DNA of 64,000 nucleotides from Macrostomum hystrix. Its lineage: Eukaryota > Animalia > Platyhelminthes. Each line of letters begins with the position of its first letter. Position 1 is the stretch's first letter. Position numbers and translations under genes: made by a program. The stretch covers positions 4,898,001-4,962,000 of the forward strand of contig CATNEN010000003.1 in assembly GCA_950097015.1 (NCBI GenBank), written 5' to 3'. The notes beneath the pieces are model-generated. The model saw only the letters and a list, made by a program, of their open reading frames with translations, was not told the DNA's origin and did not search any database. Positions 1-12,515 of the stretch are shown piece by piece.

Positions 1-250
1 CTCCCGTATCTCATCTTTCCCGTATCTCATCTCTCCCGTGTCTCATCTCTCCCGTGTCTTATCTCTCCTGTGTCTCATCTCTCCCGTGTCTCATCTCTCC
101 CATGTGTCATCTCTCCTGTGTCTCATCTCTCCCGTGTCTCATCTCTCCCATGTGTCATCTCTCCTGTGTCTCATCTCTCCCGTGTCTCATCTCTCCCATG
201 TCTCATCTCTCCCGTGTCTCATCTCTCCTGTGTCTCATCTCTCCCGATTT
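1..250. repeat. 16-bp minisatellite (TCTCATCTCTCCCGTG), intronic, truncated by window edge
   Basis: Direct tandem units. Same family at 4190-5620 and 22390-22970. Confidence 0.95.
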
Positions 251-290
251 TTAAGTTTTTAGATAATCTTTAGGTAGTCTACTCTCACAG

Positions 291-2851
291 GGTGAGATTT
301 CTACCCAACACTAAATCTAACACTGAGCACTATGTTCAAACTTGCAGACAGTTCTCAGGCCAGTCCTCGGGTGTTGACTCGGTTGACGCTGACATCCTAG
401 CCGGAGCTTCTCTGACAATATCCGGCGCTCCGGAGAGTCGTGAATTCGTTGTCACTCGTCAACAATTGGAGGCCGAACTAAACGAATTGGAAACTGTCTA
501 CGCCGAACATCGCAGAAGGAAGACTAACCTAGCAGCCTTCATGTCCGACCTGGGTCGTCGTACGGCTGTGGCCTCCGCTGGCAAGTCGTTCGTATCGATC
601 GGCGGTCAGCAACAGGTGTCTGGCTCATCTGGCTCCTACCTGGAGACCGACCTAGATACCGGGGCTACTATAGATTTGGCGGCTAAATTTCCGCAGCGTA
701 GAACCGCCGTGTCTGCGCGCGGTTCCGCTGTAGCTTCCGTGTCGACTACAATGAGGTCTCAGCAGCAGCAGCAGCAGCAGAGGTCAAGAACAATGCCAAC
801 TCAGTCTCGCGTCGATGCCAATGGCATTCCGTTGCGTGCCAGCGCCTCCGTTACTCTAGATCGTCAAGGGGTTAGCAGTGTATCTGACGATGTTTTCACT
901 CAGCAGCATCAGCAACGGCAGCAGCAGCAGCAGCAGCAACAGCAGCAGTCGTCAAGCTCAAACACTCAACGAACTGTCGGCGGTGGCATTGGTGGCTACG
1001 AAGTTACTGCAACTAAAACTACTAGTAGCTATCAGAGGCCTCCGCCCCCACCTGTGCCGCAGCAGCAGCAGCAGCAGCAGATTCTGCAGCAGCAACAGTA
1101 TGGCGTCACTGTTGTTGGTGAGTAAAATCGATTCAGTTAAAAGCTGCTATCTTTTAATGTCATTAGTGTCAAATGCAATCATAAGCCAGGTCATATCGTC
1201 ATTATCTAGGTCATATCGTCATTGTCTAGGTCATATCGTCTTCATCTAGGTCATGTTGCCATTATCTAGGTCATATCGTCATTATCTAGGTCATATGATC
1301 ATTATCTAGGTCATATCTAGGTCATATCGTCATTATCTAGGTCATATGATCATTATCTAGGTCATATCTAGGTCATAGCATCATTATCTAGGTCATATCA
1401 TCATTAACTAGGTAATATCTAGGTCATATCGTCATTGTCTAGGTCATGGCATGAGCTAGTTATAACAAATGCGGCCTCTAAATCTCATATTTTCTCCCCG
1501 TTCTTCTTACGCGCCGCAATTTAGAAACCAGCAAGAGCTACACAACGTCCGCTGCTCCGACTGCTGTCGGAGGAGGCAACTCCGTCACCCTCAGCGGTCG
1601 GATCCCTGATCCGGACGAGTTCTTGCGCGAGCGGACGGCTCGACTATCGTCAACCAGCGGCGGCAGCGGTCTGCCTCCCGGCCAGCCACCGCCTGAGGTG
1701 TACGTGTCTCAGCCGCAGCTTTACCAAGGCTACGCGGTTAGCCGGGCTAGCGGCGGTGTCGGCGGAGATAATCACACAGTGTCGATGCAGGAGAAGCTGA
1801 ATCTAGCTCTGGGCATCGATTCGCTGGACTCTCCGGTAGGTCGGCAGGCAGCCCGGCCGACAACATCGGCCGCTGCCACACTGGGCAGCGCCGGTACTAA
1901 GAAGCCGTTAATCTCGCTAGACGCCAGTCGATACAAGCGGAACACGAATTATAGTGCCAATCTTCACGGCGATCATCGGAATGAGGCTCTTGATAATCTT
2001 GGTCAGTTTGTTGAAGACATGAAAGGCCTTCAGCGCGGCACTTATCAGCGGGTAGATCACGTGAGTAGATTGAGAACATTTGATTTCAACACAGTAGGGA
2101 TTTTTCCAATTAACAGTGGAAAGACTACGTAATTTTTTCCCATCTGGAGAAGGCTACATGGATATAACCAATAAATCCTACTTCACAATAGCTCTGAGCA
2201 AACTTGAGCAACAGCTCGAACTTGAGCAACAGCTTGAACTTGAGCAACAGCTCAAACTTGAGCAACAGCTTGAACTTGAGCAACAGCTCGAACTTGAGCA
2301 ACAGCTTGAACTTGAGCAACAGCTCGAACTTGAGCAACAGCTCAAACTTGAGCAACAGCTCAAACTTGAGCAACAGCTCGAACTTGAGCAACAGCTCAAA
2401 CTTGAGCAACAGCTCAAACTTGAGCAACAGCTCGAACTTGAGCAACAGCTCGAACTTGAGCAACAGCTCAAACTTGAGCAACAGCTCGAACTTGAGCAAC
2501 AGCTTGAACTTGAGCAACAGCTCAAACTTGAGCAACAGCTCGAACTTGAGCAACAGCTCGAACTTGAGCACCAGCTCGAACTTGAGCAACAGCTCGAACT
2601 TGAGCAACAGCTCGAACTTGAGCAACAGCTCGAACTTGAGCAACAGCTCAAGTATATATTTCATGGTTATTGGTTGAATAGTTTTGGGGATACAGAATAG
2701 AGAATGATATGGGTATCTGAAATACCCACGTGATCTTTCTACTGTTAAGATGTTGGGGATTTAATATGGGATCAATTATTTCGGTTTAATATCGGGTTAA
2801 AGATTTTGAATACAAACCCACGTGACAAACAGCACATTCTGTTTTCAGTAA
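291..2851 (+). CDS. 5'-partial spliced gene for an unknown low-complexity Q/S/G-rich protein
   Basis: Exons ~291-1117 (cacag| ... G|gtgagt) and 1525-2060 (tttag| ... CAC|gtgagt) join in phase (G+AA=Glu) and link the 277-aa and 169-aa ORFs. The probable last acceptor ttttcag|TAA is at 2848/2849. No family recognised. Confidence 0.7.
1185..1450. repeat. ~20-bp minisatellite (CTAGGTCATATCGTCATTAT) in intron
   Basis: Tandem copies with indels inside intron 1118-1524. Confidence 0.9.
2195..2651. repeat. 18-bp minisatellite (AACTTGAGCAACAGCTCG), ~25 copies
   Basis: Regular period 18 downstream of donor 2061. Produces spurious LELEQQ ORFs. Confidence 0.95.
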
Positions 2852-4189
2852 ACATATTCAGCTAATATTTCCTGACTAAAGTGGTACGGCAGCAGCGGCA
2901 GTGGTTGTTCACTAGCGCCTCGAATAATCTGTTTGAAGAAGACAAAATCCAAAATGACCTATCAAAATAAACGTTATCAATTTTATCAACTGGTTTTCAT
3001 TTTTTCCACTAAGAACGGGAAAACGGTTATTAATATTGGTATTTTTCAGCGCACTCTGTCGCAGCTCTTATATATATACATATGCTTACACCTTCATAAT
3101 TCTATACAAACTTCATTCATACGTAAATATAAATCGTTTTTATAGCTAGTTTATTTGTTTGTGTTTTTTATGACTATATCCTTAACAAACTACTCACGAT
3201 ATATAAAATAGTAGTATAGTTAGTTTTTTTACTTTAACTTTAAGTTTAACATAATTCTCTATTTCGAGGACGCCTTTTTTCGAGAGAATATAAAGTTAAA
3301 TAATAAAATGCAAGTTGCCCGAATCTTAGCCGTGTAACAATTTTTTTGTCTTTTTTGTTTTCGTCTCTTTACAAATTGAAAAGGATAAGTTTTAAAATAT
3401 AAAACGCGATAATGTGTTTTTTTGCTTGTAATTTCTACGCCTCTGATCTGTGATCCATTTTTTGCACACATTCCATTTTTAAATTGCCGCCATTTTACGT
3501 TAAATCGTGTTCAATGCCAAAACCACGCTCATTATTTATTACTTAATTATGTAGTGCTTTTTTGATTATTGTGTCTTAATAAACTAATAATTATTTTAGT
3601 TGTGTAAGTTTGTCATTAATAAACTTGTGTTATTTTTTCTCGTAAAATATTTTTTACATTCTTTCATTTAGCTACACGTATGGTATTTAGGCAGCTGGAC
3701 TGTTTCTTGATAATTTCCAACTGTATAAAAAAGAAAAAATTAATTTTATTTTAACTAAACTTTTTACTCAATGTTTTTTTGACAATATGGTAAAATGCGC
3801 GCGTCTGAAGCATTGCATGCTACTTTTGAGGGCGCTTGTCTTTAAAGTTCAGTAGCATATTATGCATATTGTAGTGATTTGTTCTGTTTGTTAAATAAAA
3901 TTTTTGTTTAAATTTGCCCACTTAGTTTGAGTACACAATATAATACTATTTTAGTTGCCGTGGACCAGTAGCTTCCAAAAAAAGAAAAAAAATGTTCTGA
4001 TTATTGCGATCTTTTTTTTAAATCAAGTAATATCATTTTCGCATACTCCACTAGATCTTTTTGTTCTTGGTTAACTGGTCAAAACGAATTCTCAAACTGT
4101 CTTTTTGTTCGAGTTTTTTTATTTAATAATAAAAAATTATGATGGCCAAGTTAATGCTGCCAACTTGGTACCCATTCTGACTGCACCTA

Positions 4190-5620
4190 TCTCTTATCTC
4201 TTGTTTCATTTCTCCCCTGTCTCATCTCTCGCCTGTCTAATCTCTCCCGTGTCTCATCTCTCCCATGTCTCATCTCTCCTGTTTCTCATCTCTCCCATGT
4301 CTCACCTCTCGCCTGTCTAATCTCTCCCGTGTCTCATCTCTCCCATGTCTCATCTCTCCTGTTTCTCATCTCTCCCATGTCTCATCTCTCCTGTGTCTCA
4401 TCTCTCCTGTTTCTCATCTCTCCCATGTCTCATCTCTCCTGTGTCTCATCTCTCCTGTTTCTCATCTCTTCCATGTCTCATTTCTCTCGTGTCTCATCTC
4501 TCCTGTTTCTCATTTCTCCCGTGTCTCATCTCTCCTGTTTCTCATCTCTCCCATGTGTCATCTCTCCTGTTTCTCATTTCTCCCATGTCTCATCTCTCCC
4601 ATGTCTCATCTCTCCTGTTTCTCATTTCTCCCATGTCTCATCTCTCCCATGTGTCATCTCTCCTGTTTCTCATTTCTCCCGTGTCTCATCTCTCCTGTTT
4701 CTCATCTCTCCCATGTGTCATCTCTCCTGTTTCTCATTTCTCCCGTGTCTCATCTCTCCCATGTGTCATCTCTCCTGTTTCTCATCTCTCCCATGTGTCA
4801 TCTCTCCTGTTTCTCATTTCTCCCATGTCTCATCTCTCCCATGTGTCATCTCTCCTGTTTCTCATTTCTCCCCTATCTCATCTCTCCTGTTTCTCATTTC
4901 TCCCCTATCTTATCTCTCCTGTTTCTCATCTTTCAATGTCTCATCTCTACAGTGTCTCATCCCTACCGTCTCTCATCTCTTCCCTGTAATACCTCTCCCG
5001 TGTTTCATTTCTCTGTCTCATCGCTCCCGTGTCTCATCCCTCCCGTGTCTCTCCCGTGTCCTTTCTCTCCGCCGTATCTCTCCCGTATTTCATCCCGCCG
5101 TGTCTCATCTCTCCGTTGTCTTATCTCTCCCATGTCTCATCTCTCCTGTTTCTCATCTCTCCCATGTCTCATCTCTCCTGTTTCTCATCTCTCCCATGTC
5201 TCATCTCTCCTGTTTCTCATTTCTCCCATGTCTCATCTCTCCTGTTTCTCATCTCTCCCATGTCTCATCTCTCCTGTTTCTCATTTCTCCCATGTCTCAT
5301 CTCTCCTGTTTCTCATTTCTCCCATGTCTCATCTCTCCTGTTTCTCATTTCTCCCCTATCTCATCTCTTCTGTTTCTCATTTCTCCCCTATCTCATCTCT
5401 CCTGTTTCTCATCTCTCAATATCTCATCTCTCCCGTGTCTCATCTCTCCCGTGTCTCATCTCTCCCGTGTCTCATCTCTCCCGTGTCTTATCTCTCCCGT
5501 GTCTCATCTCTCCCGTGTCTTATCTCTGCCGTGTCTCAACTCTCCCGTGTCTCATCTCTCCCGTGTCTCATTTATGCCTTAAATCATCTATCTCTTCCTG
5601 TCTCATCGTTCCATTTCTCG
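4190..5620. repeat. 16-bp pyrimidine-rich minisatellite (TCTCATCTCTCCYRTG family)
   Basis: Tandem degenerate 16-mers. The three long + strand ORFs here are artefacts. Confidence 0.95.
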
Positions 5621-5875
5621 TCTCTCCCTGCCTCATCTCTCGCTGTCTCGCCTCTCCTGTGTCAGTTTTTTGTCCTTCCTTATCTCCCTAGTCTCATTTC
5701 TCCACTGTAGATACTATATTATATCACTGCTAAAATAGAAAAATTCTTGCCGTTATTTAGTGAAAATGCTGATATTGCTTCCAAAGCAAAGTAGTGCAGT
5801 GAGGACAGAATATTCAAGTGCCTCATTGGCCAGAAAACAATAATTGACTTTTCCTATGGCTAATGGGAATTTCAG

Positions 5876-8572
5876 CAAGCGTCAGTGAGTACGCAGGCCT
5901 TGCCAGCGCCTCCAACACCGGAGGCTGAGCAGCGCGTGCAAATCTACGACACCCACGAGGATGCTATGAGTCACAGTGAGTCCAACTCACCTGGCCAAGC
6001 TAGCGCTGAGCACTACAAGGTCTACAAAATTCGGTGGTACATTCTGACACTATATTCACTCCTAGCCTTCAATCAGGGTCTAATCTGGAACACTTGGGGT
6101 CCATTGAAAGACGCCATGCAGTCGGCTTATTCTTGGTCTAATTTCGAGTTTGGCATGCTGCCTAATTGGGCACCGATTGGCTTTTTGTTAGCGCTGGCAC
6201 CCAGCCTGTGGATTGTGAATCGTTGCGGCCTCAGAGTTGCTTGTCTATTCGGCGCCGGCATCATGGCAGCCGGTACTTTGGCTCCGTGCTTCCTAGCTAA
6301 GGATGAATCTTACACCTACTTATTCACTGTCTTCTGTCACGTGAATGCTCTATTCTGTGGCCTATCCTGTCCAGTAGCAATGTCGCTACCTCCGGCCCTA
6401 TCAGCGGTCTGGTTTCCGCCTCGTGAACGAGTCCTGTCCACATCGATTGCTGCGCTTAGCAACTATATTGGCAGCGCTTTCTCATTCCAATTCGGTCGAT
6501 TGTTTGTCACCGGATCGAATGTTACCGGATTGTCTTCTGACACTCTGCGGCAGGGAGTGACTAATCTGCTCTATCTGGAGAGTATCTGCGCGTTCACCGT
6601 TCTGATACTGTTCGTGGTACACTTTCCAGCCAGACCTGCGCTAGCTAGCAGTCACAGTGCCGAAGCTAGTCGTCTGAGTGTGCCAGATTGCCTGCGTCAA
6701 CTGATTGGTCTCCACCGTAACAGCGGCGGTGTCGGCAGCCTTGTATCATTTTGGTCCGTCTGTTTAGCCTATTCAATAGTCGGCGGCGTTAACGGCGGTT
6801 TTCTAGCCGCTTTCAATCTCAATGTGGAATCTCTCGGAGCCACTGTTGACGAAGCCGACGCTGCTGGCTTCTGGTCTGTGCTGTCCGCTGGTTTAGTCTG
6901 CCTACCTGTGGCACTGTCGATTGGCCGTTTGCGCAGTCGTTTACGACCCTGCCTTCTGATCCTGCTGCTATTGGCTGGCTGCGCTTACACCTGTTTCAGG
7001 TGAGACTGCTGATTGGCTGATTGGTTTTCTGGCACCATATTAATGGGATTTGATTTTAACTTTTTTTCGGCTTAACAGCTTAACGTAGATTTTGTGCTTG
7101 GGTTTTTGGATTTAAGACTAGACTATTTTAGAGGATATTTTAGACACGCGTTTTATGGGATATTTTGGACACACATGGTTTCAGGGGATATTTTAGACAC
7201 ATGGTTTCAGGGGATATTTTAGACACATGGTTTCAGGGGATATTTTAGACACATGGGTTCTGGGGATATTTTAGACACATGGGTTCTGGGGATATTTTAG
7301 ACACACATGGGTTCTGGGGATATTTTAGACATATGGGTTCTGGGGATATTTTAGACACACATGGGTTCTGGGGATATTTTAGACACACATGGGTTCTGGG
7401 GATATTTTAGACACACATGGGTTCTGGGGATATTTTAGACACACATGGGTTCTGGGGATATTTTAGACACATGGGTTCTGGGGATATTTTAGACACACAT
7501 TGGTTCTGGGGATATTTTAGACACACATTGGTTCTGGGGATATTTTAGACACACATTGGTTCTGGGGATATTTTAGACACACATTGGTTCTGGGGATATT
7601 TTAGACACACATTGGTTCTGGGGATATTTTAGACACATGGGTTCTGGGGATATTTTAGACACACATGGGTTCTGGGGATATTTTAGACACATGGGTTCTT
7701 GGGATATTTTAGACACACATGGGTTCTGGGGATATTTTAGACACATGGGTTCTGGGGATATTTTAGACACACATGGGTTCTGGGGATATTTTAGACACAT
7801 GGGTTCTGGGGATATTTCAGACACACATGGGTTCTGGGGATATTTTAGACACACATGGGTTCTGGGGATATTTTAGACACACATGGGTTCTGTGGATATT
7901 TTAGACACACATGGGTTCTGGTGATATTTTAGACACACATGGGTTCTGGGGATATTTTAGACACACATGGGTTCTGGGGATATTTTAGACACACATGGGT
8001 TCTGGGGATATTTTAGACACACATGGGTTCTGGGGATATTTTAGACACACATGGGTTCTGGGGATATTTTAGACACATTTTTAGTCATATGATATTTATT
8101 TTAGACATATTTTAGATATTTTAGATTTCATTTTCGTTTTCATATAAACGATCCCCTGTACCACTGCCACCCTGCATTCAGCCTCACCTGTCTAGGTGTT
8201 CTACCTCGCTGGCCAGCATTAATCTACATCTCTAGTTGCGCAGGCAGTGTATTTCTCTACTCCTGTGTTCCGTTCTTTTTTGAGTTGGCAGCTGATTTAG
8301 CCTACCCAGCGCCCGAGTCGATCATATGCGGCCTACTAACCCTTGGCAACAATCTGGTTGCTATGGCATTTCTATTCATTGTAGCCTCGGGTGTTGGTCA
8401 AGAATCTGGTCGAACGCTTTGGATCAATTGGACAATGTGTGCTGTTTGTTTCGCTGTCCTACCAGCTTTGTTATTGACTCCGGCTCAACTCAGACGAGAT
8501 CTAGCTGATTCGCCAGATTCTATCAACGTTCTAGACGATGCTGATACAGACTTTTTGTTACCTAGGGCTTAA
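5876..8572 (+). CDS. MFS transporter, SLC49A4/DIRC2 (FLVCR-family)-like
   Basis: Exons 5876-6999 (tttcag| ... AG|gtgaga) and 8182-8572 (attcag|, phase 2) give a multi-TM protein with family motifs YKVYKIRWYIL, WNTWGP, SAVWFPPRER and FFELAADLAYPAPE. Start is either ATG 5966 or an upstream exon. Confidence 0.88.
7140..8080. repeat. 26/28-bp minisatellite (GGGTTCTGGGGATATTTTAGACACACAT) filling the MFS intron
   Basis: Tandem units differing by one AC dinucleotide. Confidence 0.95.
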
Positions 8573-9272
8573 CTGTAGAACAACCAAGGGAGCGACGCAA
8601 GCAAACGAACCTCAATAACACGGCTCCCTTAGTCATGATCCCCTAGTGACAACCGAAGTCGGAGATTATGCAGGCACATTCGGGTGACGTGCTGATAAAG
8701 TTTGAAGGCCTGGCAAAGCCGCACTGAGGCGCAGTGCTAATTAGTGTATTGGGGTTACATGACCTTCGGTCGGAACAGTTGAATATCTCGACGGTCTGAA
8801 GAGCTGGCGACTTGATTATTGTTTCAGAAGATTTTCTTGAGATGTTCTTGGCCCGTTGTAGAAGAGGTTGTAGCCTAGTGGTTAGGGCGTCGGACTCACG
8901 ACTTGAAGCTCGGGGTTCGATTCCCGTCTCCACTTAAACAATTTGTGTCCTTTAGCAAGACACTTAACTCTGCATTGCTTCAGTTCACCCAGCTGTTAAA
9001 TGGGTACCAGCATCAGCTGGGATAATTGAAGGTGGGCGTGGCGTCCCCCCAGTCCATGGACTAAACAGCTGTACGCAGCCTTCAGATGCGCCGCGCAATA
9101 GCTGCGGCTGTGCTGTCGGCTGCACATCTGACCCGATTGGGGCAGGTGTAATCAATTATTATTATTATTATTAATGGCCCGTGTTCTTGAGTTTCCTTCT
9201 CAAGCGTGTTCCAAGGACCACTAGTAGATAGTTGAGTCTACTTGAGTAGTCCGTGGCGTGTTCTTTCTACTT
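8573..9272. mobile_element. Putative TTAA-flanked non-autonomous DNA element (family C), interrupted by a SINE
   Basis: Internal 8645-8830 closely matches 24341-24555. Ends TTAA|CTGTAGAAC and TTCTACTT|TTAA are imperfect inverted repeats. Confidence 0.5.
8863..9172 (+). mobile_element. tRNA-derived CORE-type SINE (family A), full length
   Basis: A box TAGCCTAGTGG, B box GTTCGATTC, CORE-like centre, (ATT)n tail and TSD TGGCCCGT (8849-8856/9175-9182). Near-identical copies at 24827 and 59641. Confidence 0.92.
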
Positions 9273-9651
9273 TTAATTGATTTTCAAACCGGTTTTAGCC
9301 AGTATTTGTCTAATCTTTTTCTATTCAATATAAAGTAATTATTTTTTTCTAGTTAATAGTAATTCCGCTAATAGTTTCGCGTTATTCTACTTTAAGTAGC
9401 TTAAAATGATGTATACATATTGCCTTCTATTATAAATAATTCAATTGGCGAAATGCTAAATATTTTGAGCAAACTCAGATTTACACAATAAAATTTTAAA
9501 TTTTCGAAATTCAGACAGTTGTTTTTATTAACAAAACTCAAGAGTTTATTTTGCACACGTTTTTATTGGTGTTGACGACTTGACTATTATCTTACGTAAT
9601 AAATTGAATTATAGGCTGCGTAGAAAATCGAGAGTAGAAAAGAGAAGTAGA

Positions 9652-9705
9652 CGCGGTGAGAAGGCTTGGGAATCACTGCCTGACAATAAGAAAGTCATGT
9701 CATAC
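9652..9705 (+). mobile_element. SINE family B fragment
   Basis: GAGAAGGCTTGGG...CACTGCCTGAC..AGAAAGTCA matches the copy at 21445. Confidence 0.6.
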
Positions 9706-9744
9706 ACCCGTCTAAGTGGTATAGTGGTATAGGGAGAAGAGAGT

Positions 9745-10505
9745 TGACTAGGGGGAGAAGTAGATTGGTGTAAGGGAGAAGTAGATTAGTATAGGGGAGA
9801 AGTAGACTTGTATAGGGGAGAAGTCGATTGGTGTAAGGGAGAAGTAGATTGGTGTAAGGGAGAAGTAGATTAGTATAGGGGAGAAGTAGACTTGTATAGG
9901 GAGAAGTCGATTGGTGTAAGGGAGAAGTAGATTAGTATAGGGGAGATGTAGACTTGTATAGGGGAGAAGTAGACTTGTATAGGGAGAAGTCGATTGGTGT
10001 AAGGGAGAAGTAGATTAGTATAGGGGAGATGTAGACTTGTATAGGGGAGAAGTAGACTTGTATAGGGGAGATGTAGACTTGTATAGGCGAGATGTAGACT
10101 TGTATAGGCGAGATGTAGACTTGTATAGGCGAGAAGTAGACTTGTATAGGGGAGAAGTAGACTTGTATAGGGGAGAAGTAGACTTGTATAGGGGAGAAGT
10201 AGACTTGTATAGGGGAGAAGTAGACTTGTATAGGGGAGAAGTAGACTTGTATAGGGGAGATGTAGACTTGTATAGGGGAGATGTAGACTTGTATAGGGGA
10301 GAAGTAGACTTGTATAGGGGAGAAGTAGACTTGTATAGGGGAGAAGTAGACTTGTATAGGGGAGAAGTAGACTTGTATAGGGGAGATGTAGACTTGTATA
10401 GGGGAGATGTAGACTTGTATAGGGGAGATGTAGACTTGTATAGGGGAGATGTAGACTTGTATTATAGGAGAAGTAGACTAGTATAGTGGAGAGGTAGACT
10501 GGTAG
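9745..10505. repeat. 21-bp minisatellite (TTGTATAGGGGAGAAGTAGAC)
   Basis: Tandem units. Confidence 0.95.
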
Positions 10506-11169
10506 GGGATACTTTCCTATACTAGACTAGTACAGGAGAGAAGTAGAGAGAGCTGTATTGAGAATGGTGGTGGTATAAAGTGGGTAAGTGGGAAGGAGCT
10601 ACAGCACTGTTTGCTAACTACATACAAGATGAAAAGCAATTGTGGTCGCTCTGAGACTTCATTTGTGCCATTAGAAATCGATCATGTTGGCAAATAATCA
10701 AAGCTAGTCCACTTATCAGTTCCGATGTCGTGTGGCCGTTGACGGCCCCTGTTGGCAGAATTAACTTTCACCCTGTAGAACATTTAATTGTCGTAAAAAG
10801 AAATAGGGATGCTACGGTTTTGTGAGGACTTTTTTTCATCCGAGATTTATTAATGTTTGCCGGCCGCATTGCTGACCAGTTCCTCCCACTTCAAGCTTGG
10901 CCAGAATTTCAAGCTCCTTGCTAACAATTCGTCCGATCGAATTTCTGTCGGGCAGAAAGTTTTTTTCCGATTCGGTCTTACACGATCGTACTAATGGATT
11001 GGCGAGAATGTAATTTCAGACGGCCAGGATTATGTCCCTTTAACTGAGGCTCAAGATCGTCTTCAACGAGTAGTAATTCTAGTTTTGTCTTCTATTCACA
11101 ACCGTCTTCCCTGTGTTTGGTCTGCCACAGTCTGGTCTAAAAACCGGTGAGATCCGGCCTCTAACCCAG

Positions 11170-11640
11170 GCCAATCGTCCACAGACAACCCGTGAGATTT
11201 GTCCACGGACAAACCATTTAAAATTGTCCACAGACAACCCTTGAGATTCACATTCGAAAAACATGTAAGAATCGTCCACAGGCTGTCCGATAGAATCGTA
11301 CACAGGCAACCCGTCAGAATCGTCCACTGACAACCAATCAGAATCGTCCACTGACAACCAATCAGAATCGTCCACTGACAGTCCATCATAATCGTCCAAC
11401 GGCAAAACGTAAGAATCTTCCATGGACAACCCTAAGAATCGTGAGAACCGTCCACAGACCAAGATTTTTGTCCACAGACAACCCTTGGGATTTGCCCTCG
11501 AAAAAACGGTGAGAGTTGTCCACAGACAACCCGTAAGAATCGTGAGAACCGTCCACAGACCAAGATAGTTGTCCACAGACAACCCGTAAGAATCGCCTTC
11601 AGACAGCCGTGAGAATCGTCCGCAGACAACCCATGAGAAC
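11170..11640. repeat. Degenerate ~24-bp minisatellite (AATCGTCCACAGACAACCCGT..)
   Basis: Recurring GTCCACAGACAACC core. Confidence 0.8.
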
Positions 11641-11904
11641 CTCTCTAACCATCTGCGAAAATAAGCCATTACAACAGTCATGCTTGTGTTAGTTACATAC
11701 ATGCTAGTTAAATTTTCTCTGGCTAAAATCGTTTACCTTCAACGCGCATTGATTCTGTCAATCAATCAAACAAATTCAGGATAAGTTTGTTAGCGGGGTA
11801 GGTGAAACAGTAGATTTCTTGAGGATTAGAAATTTATAATGTAACACGCGCTACATATTTTACTTTTTATTAAATATTCTAATCAACAGTAAGGCTAATC
11901 ATGA

Positions 11905-12192
11905 GGGGTGAGTGGCAGAGCAGTTAACGCGTTTGCCTCTCACACCAAGGTCCCTGAGCTCGGTTCTGCGGCGAGGCCGCATTCATTTGGGGCGCAGCCG
12001 CGGAGAGAAGGCTTGGGGGCTTGTCGTGCAATTTACGCCCTTGAGGGCCACTGCCTGACGATGAGAAAGTCAGGGGCAGATGTACCACACCTGTGCGTGT
12101 GTGCTCAGGAGTCAGCGAAATGGGCAGAGTTGCCTCCTCGCTGGCTGCGGGTCTGGTGTCACCAAATAAGGTGCCATTGCTCGCAGTCCTCC
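11905..12192 (+). mobile_element. tRNA-derived SINE family B (internal deletions)
   Basis: A box TGGCAGAGCAGTT. Body matches 21445-21805. Confidence 0.88.
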
Positions 12193-12515
12193 TTTTCTAA
12201 ACAATGTTAATCTGCTTTAATGTTGAATACTTGCTACCATATTTGAGCAACAGGTATTGAAACCATTTTTGTAACCGGCCTACATTTTGAGCATAAGTTA
12301 TTTTACTCTAAAGAGAAATAGCATATTAAGTCTCCAGTGAAGTGAGCACACAAAGAGGCCGTTATATAATATAGGAAATTGGCCAGTCAACATCGACTCA
12401 ATGGATATAGGGCACCCACCTCCGACACCTGTCAATTAAAATTATCTTTCATACATCCTTGATAGAACGCCATATAGGGTGAGAAGATTGCTATTTTTAA
12501 TATCCCTAACTATAA

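Noticed and set aside
2116-2700. LELEQQ coiled-coil-like ORF
   Set aside because: It is an 18-bp array open in several frames on both strands, inside an intron, with no convincing splice sites and non-synonymous E/K variation.
4265-5710. Long S/L/C/H-rich ORFs (also 38-273, 22519-22924, 55285-56518, 58065-58709)
   Set aside because: Stop-free translations of 16/18-bp minisatellites in all frames.
8866-8932. tRNA gene (also 24830, 59895, 26285)
   Set aside because: Poor acceptor and anticodon stems. The full copies continue into a SINE body with tail and TSD, and 26285 is only a B-box fragment.
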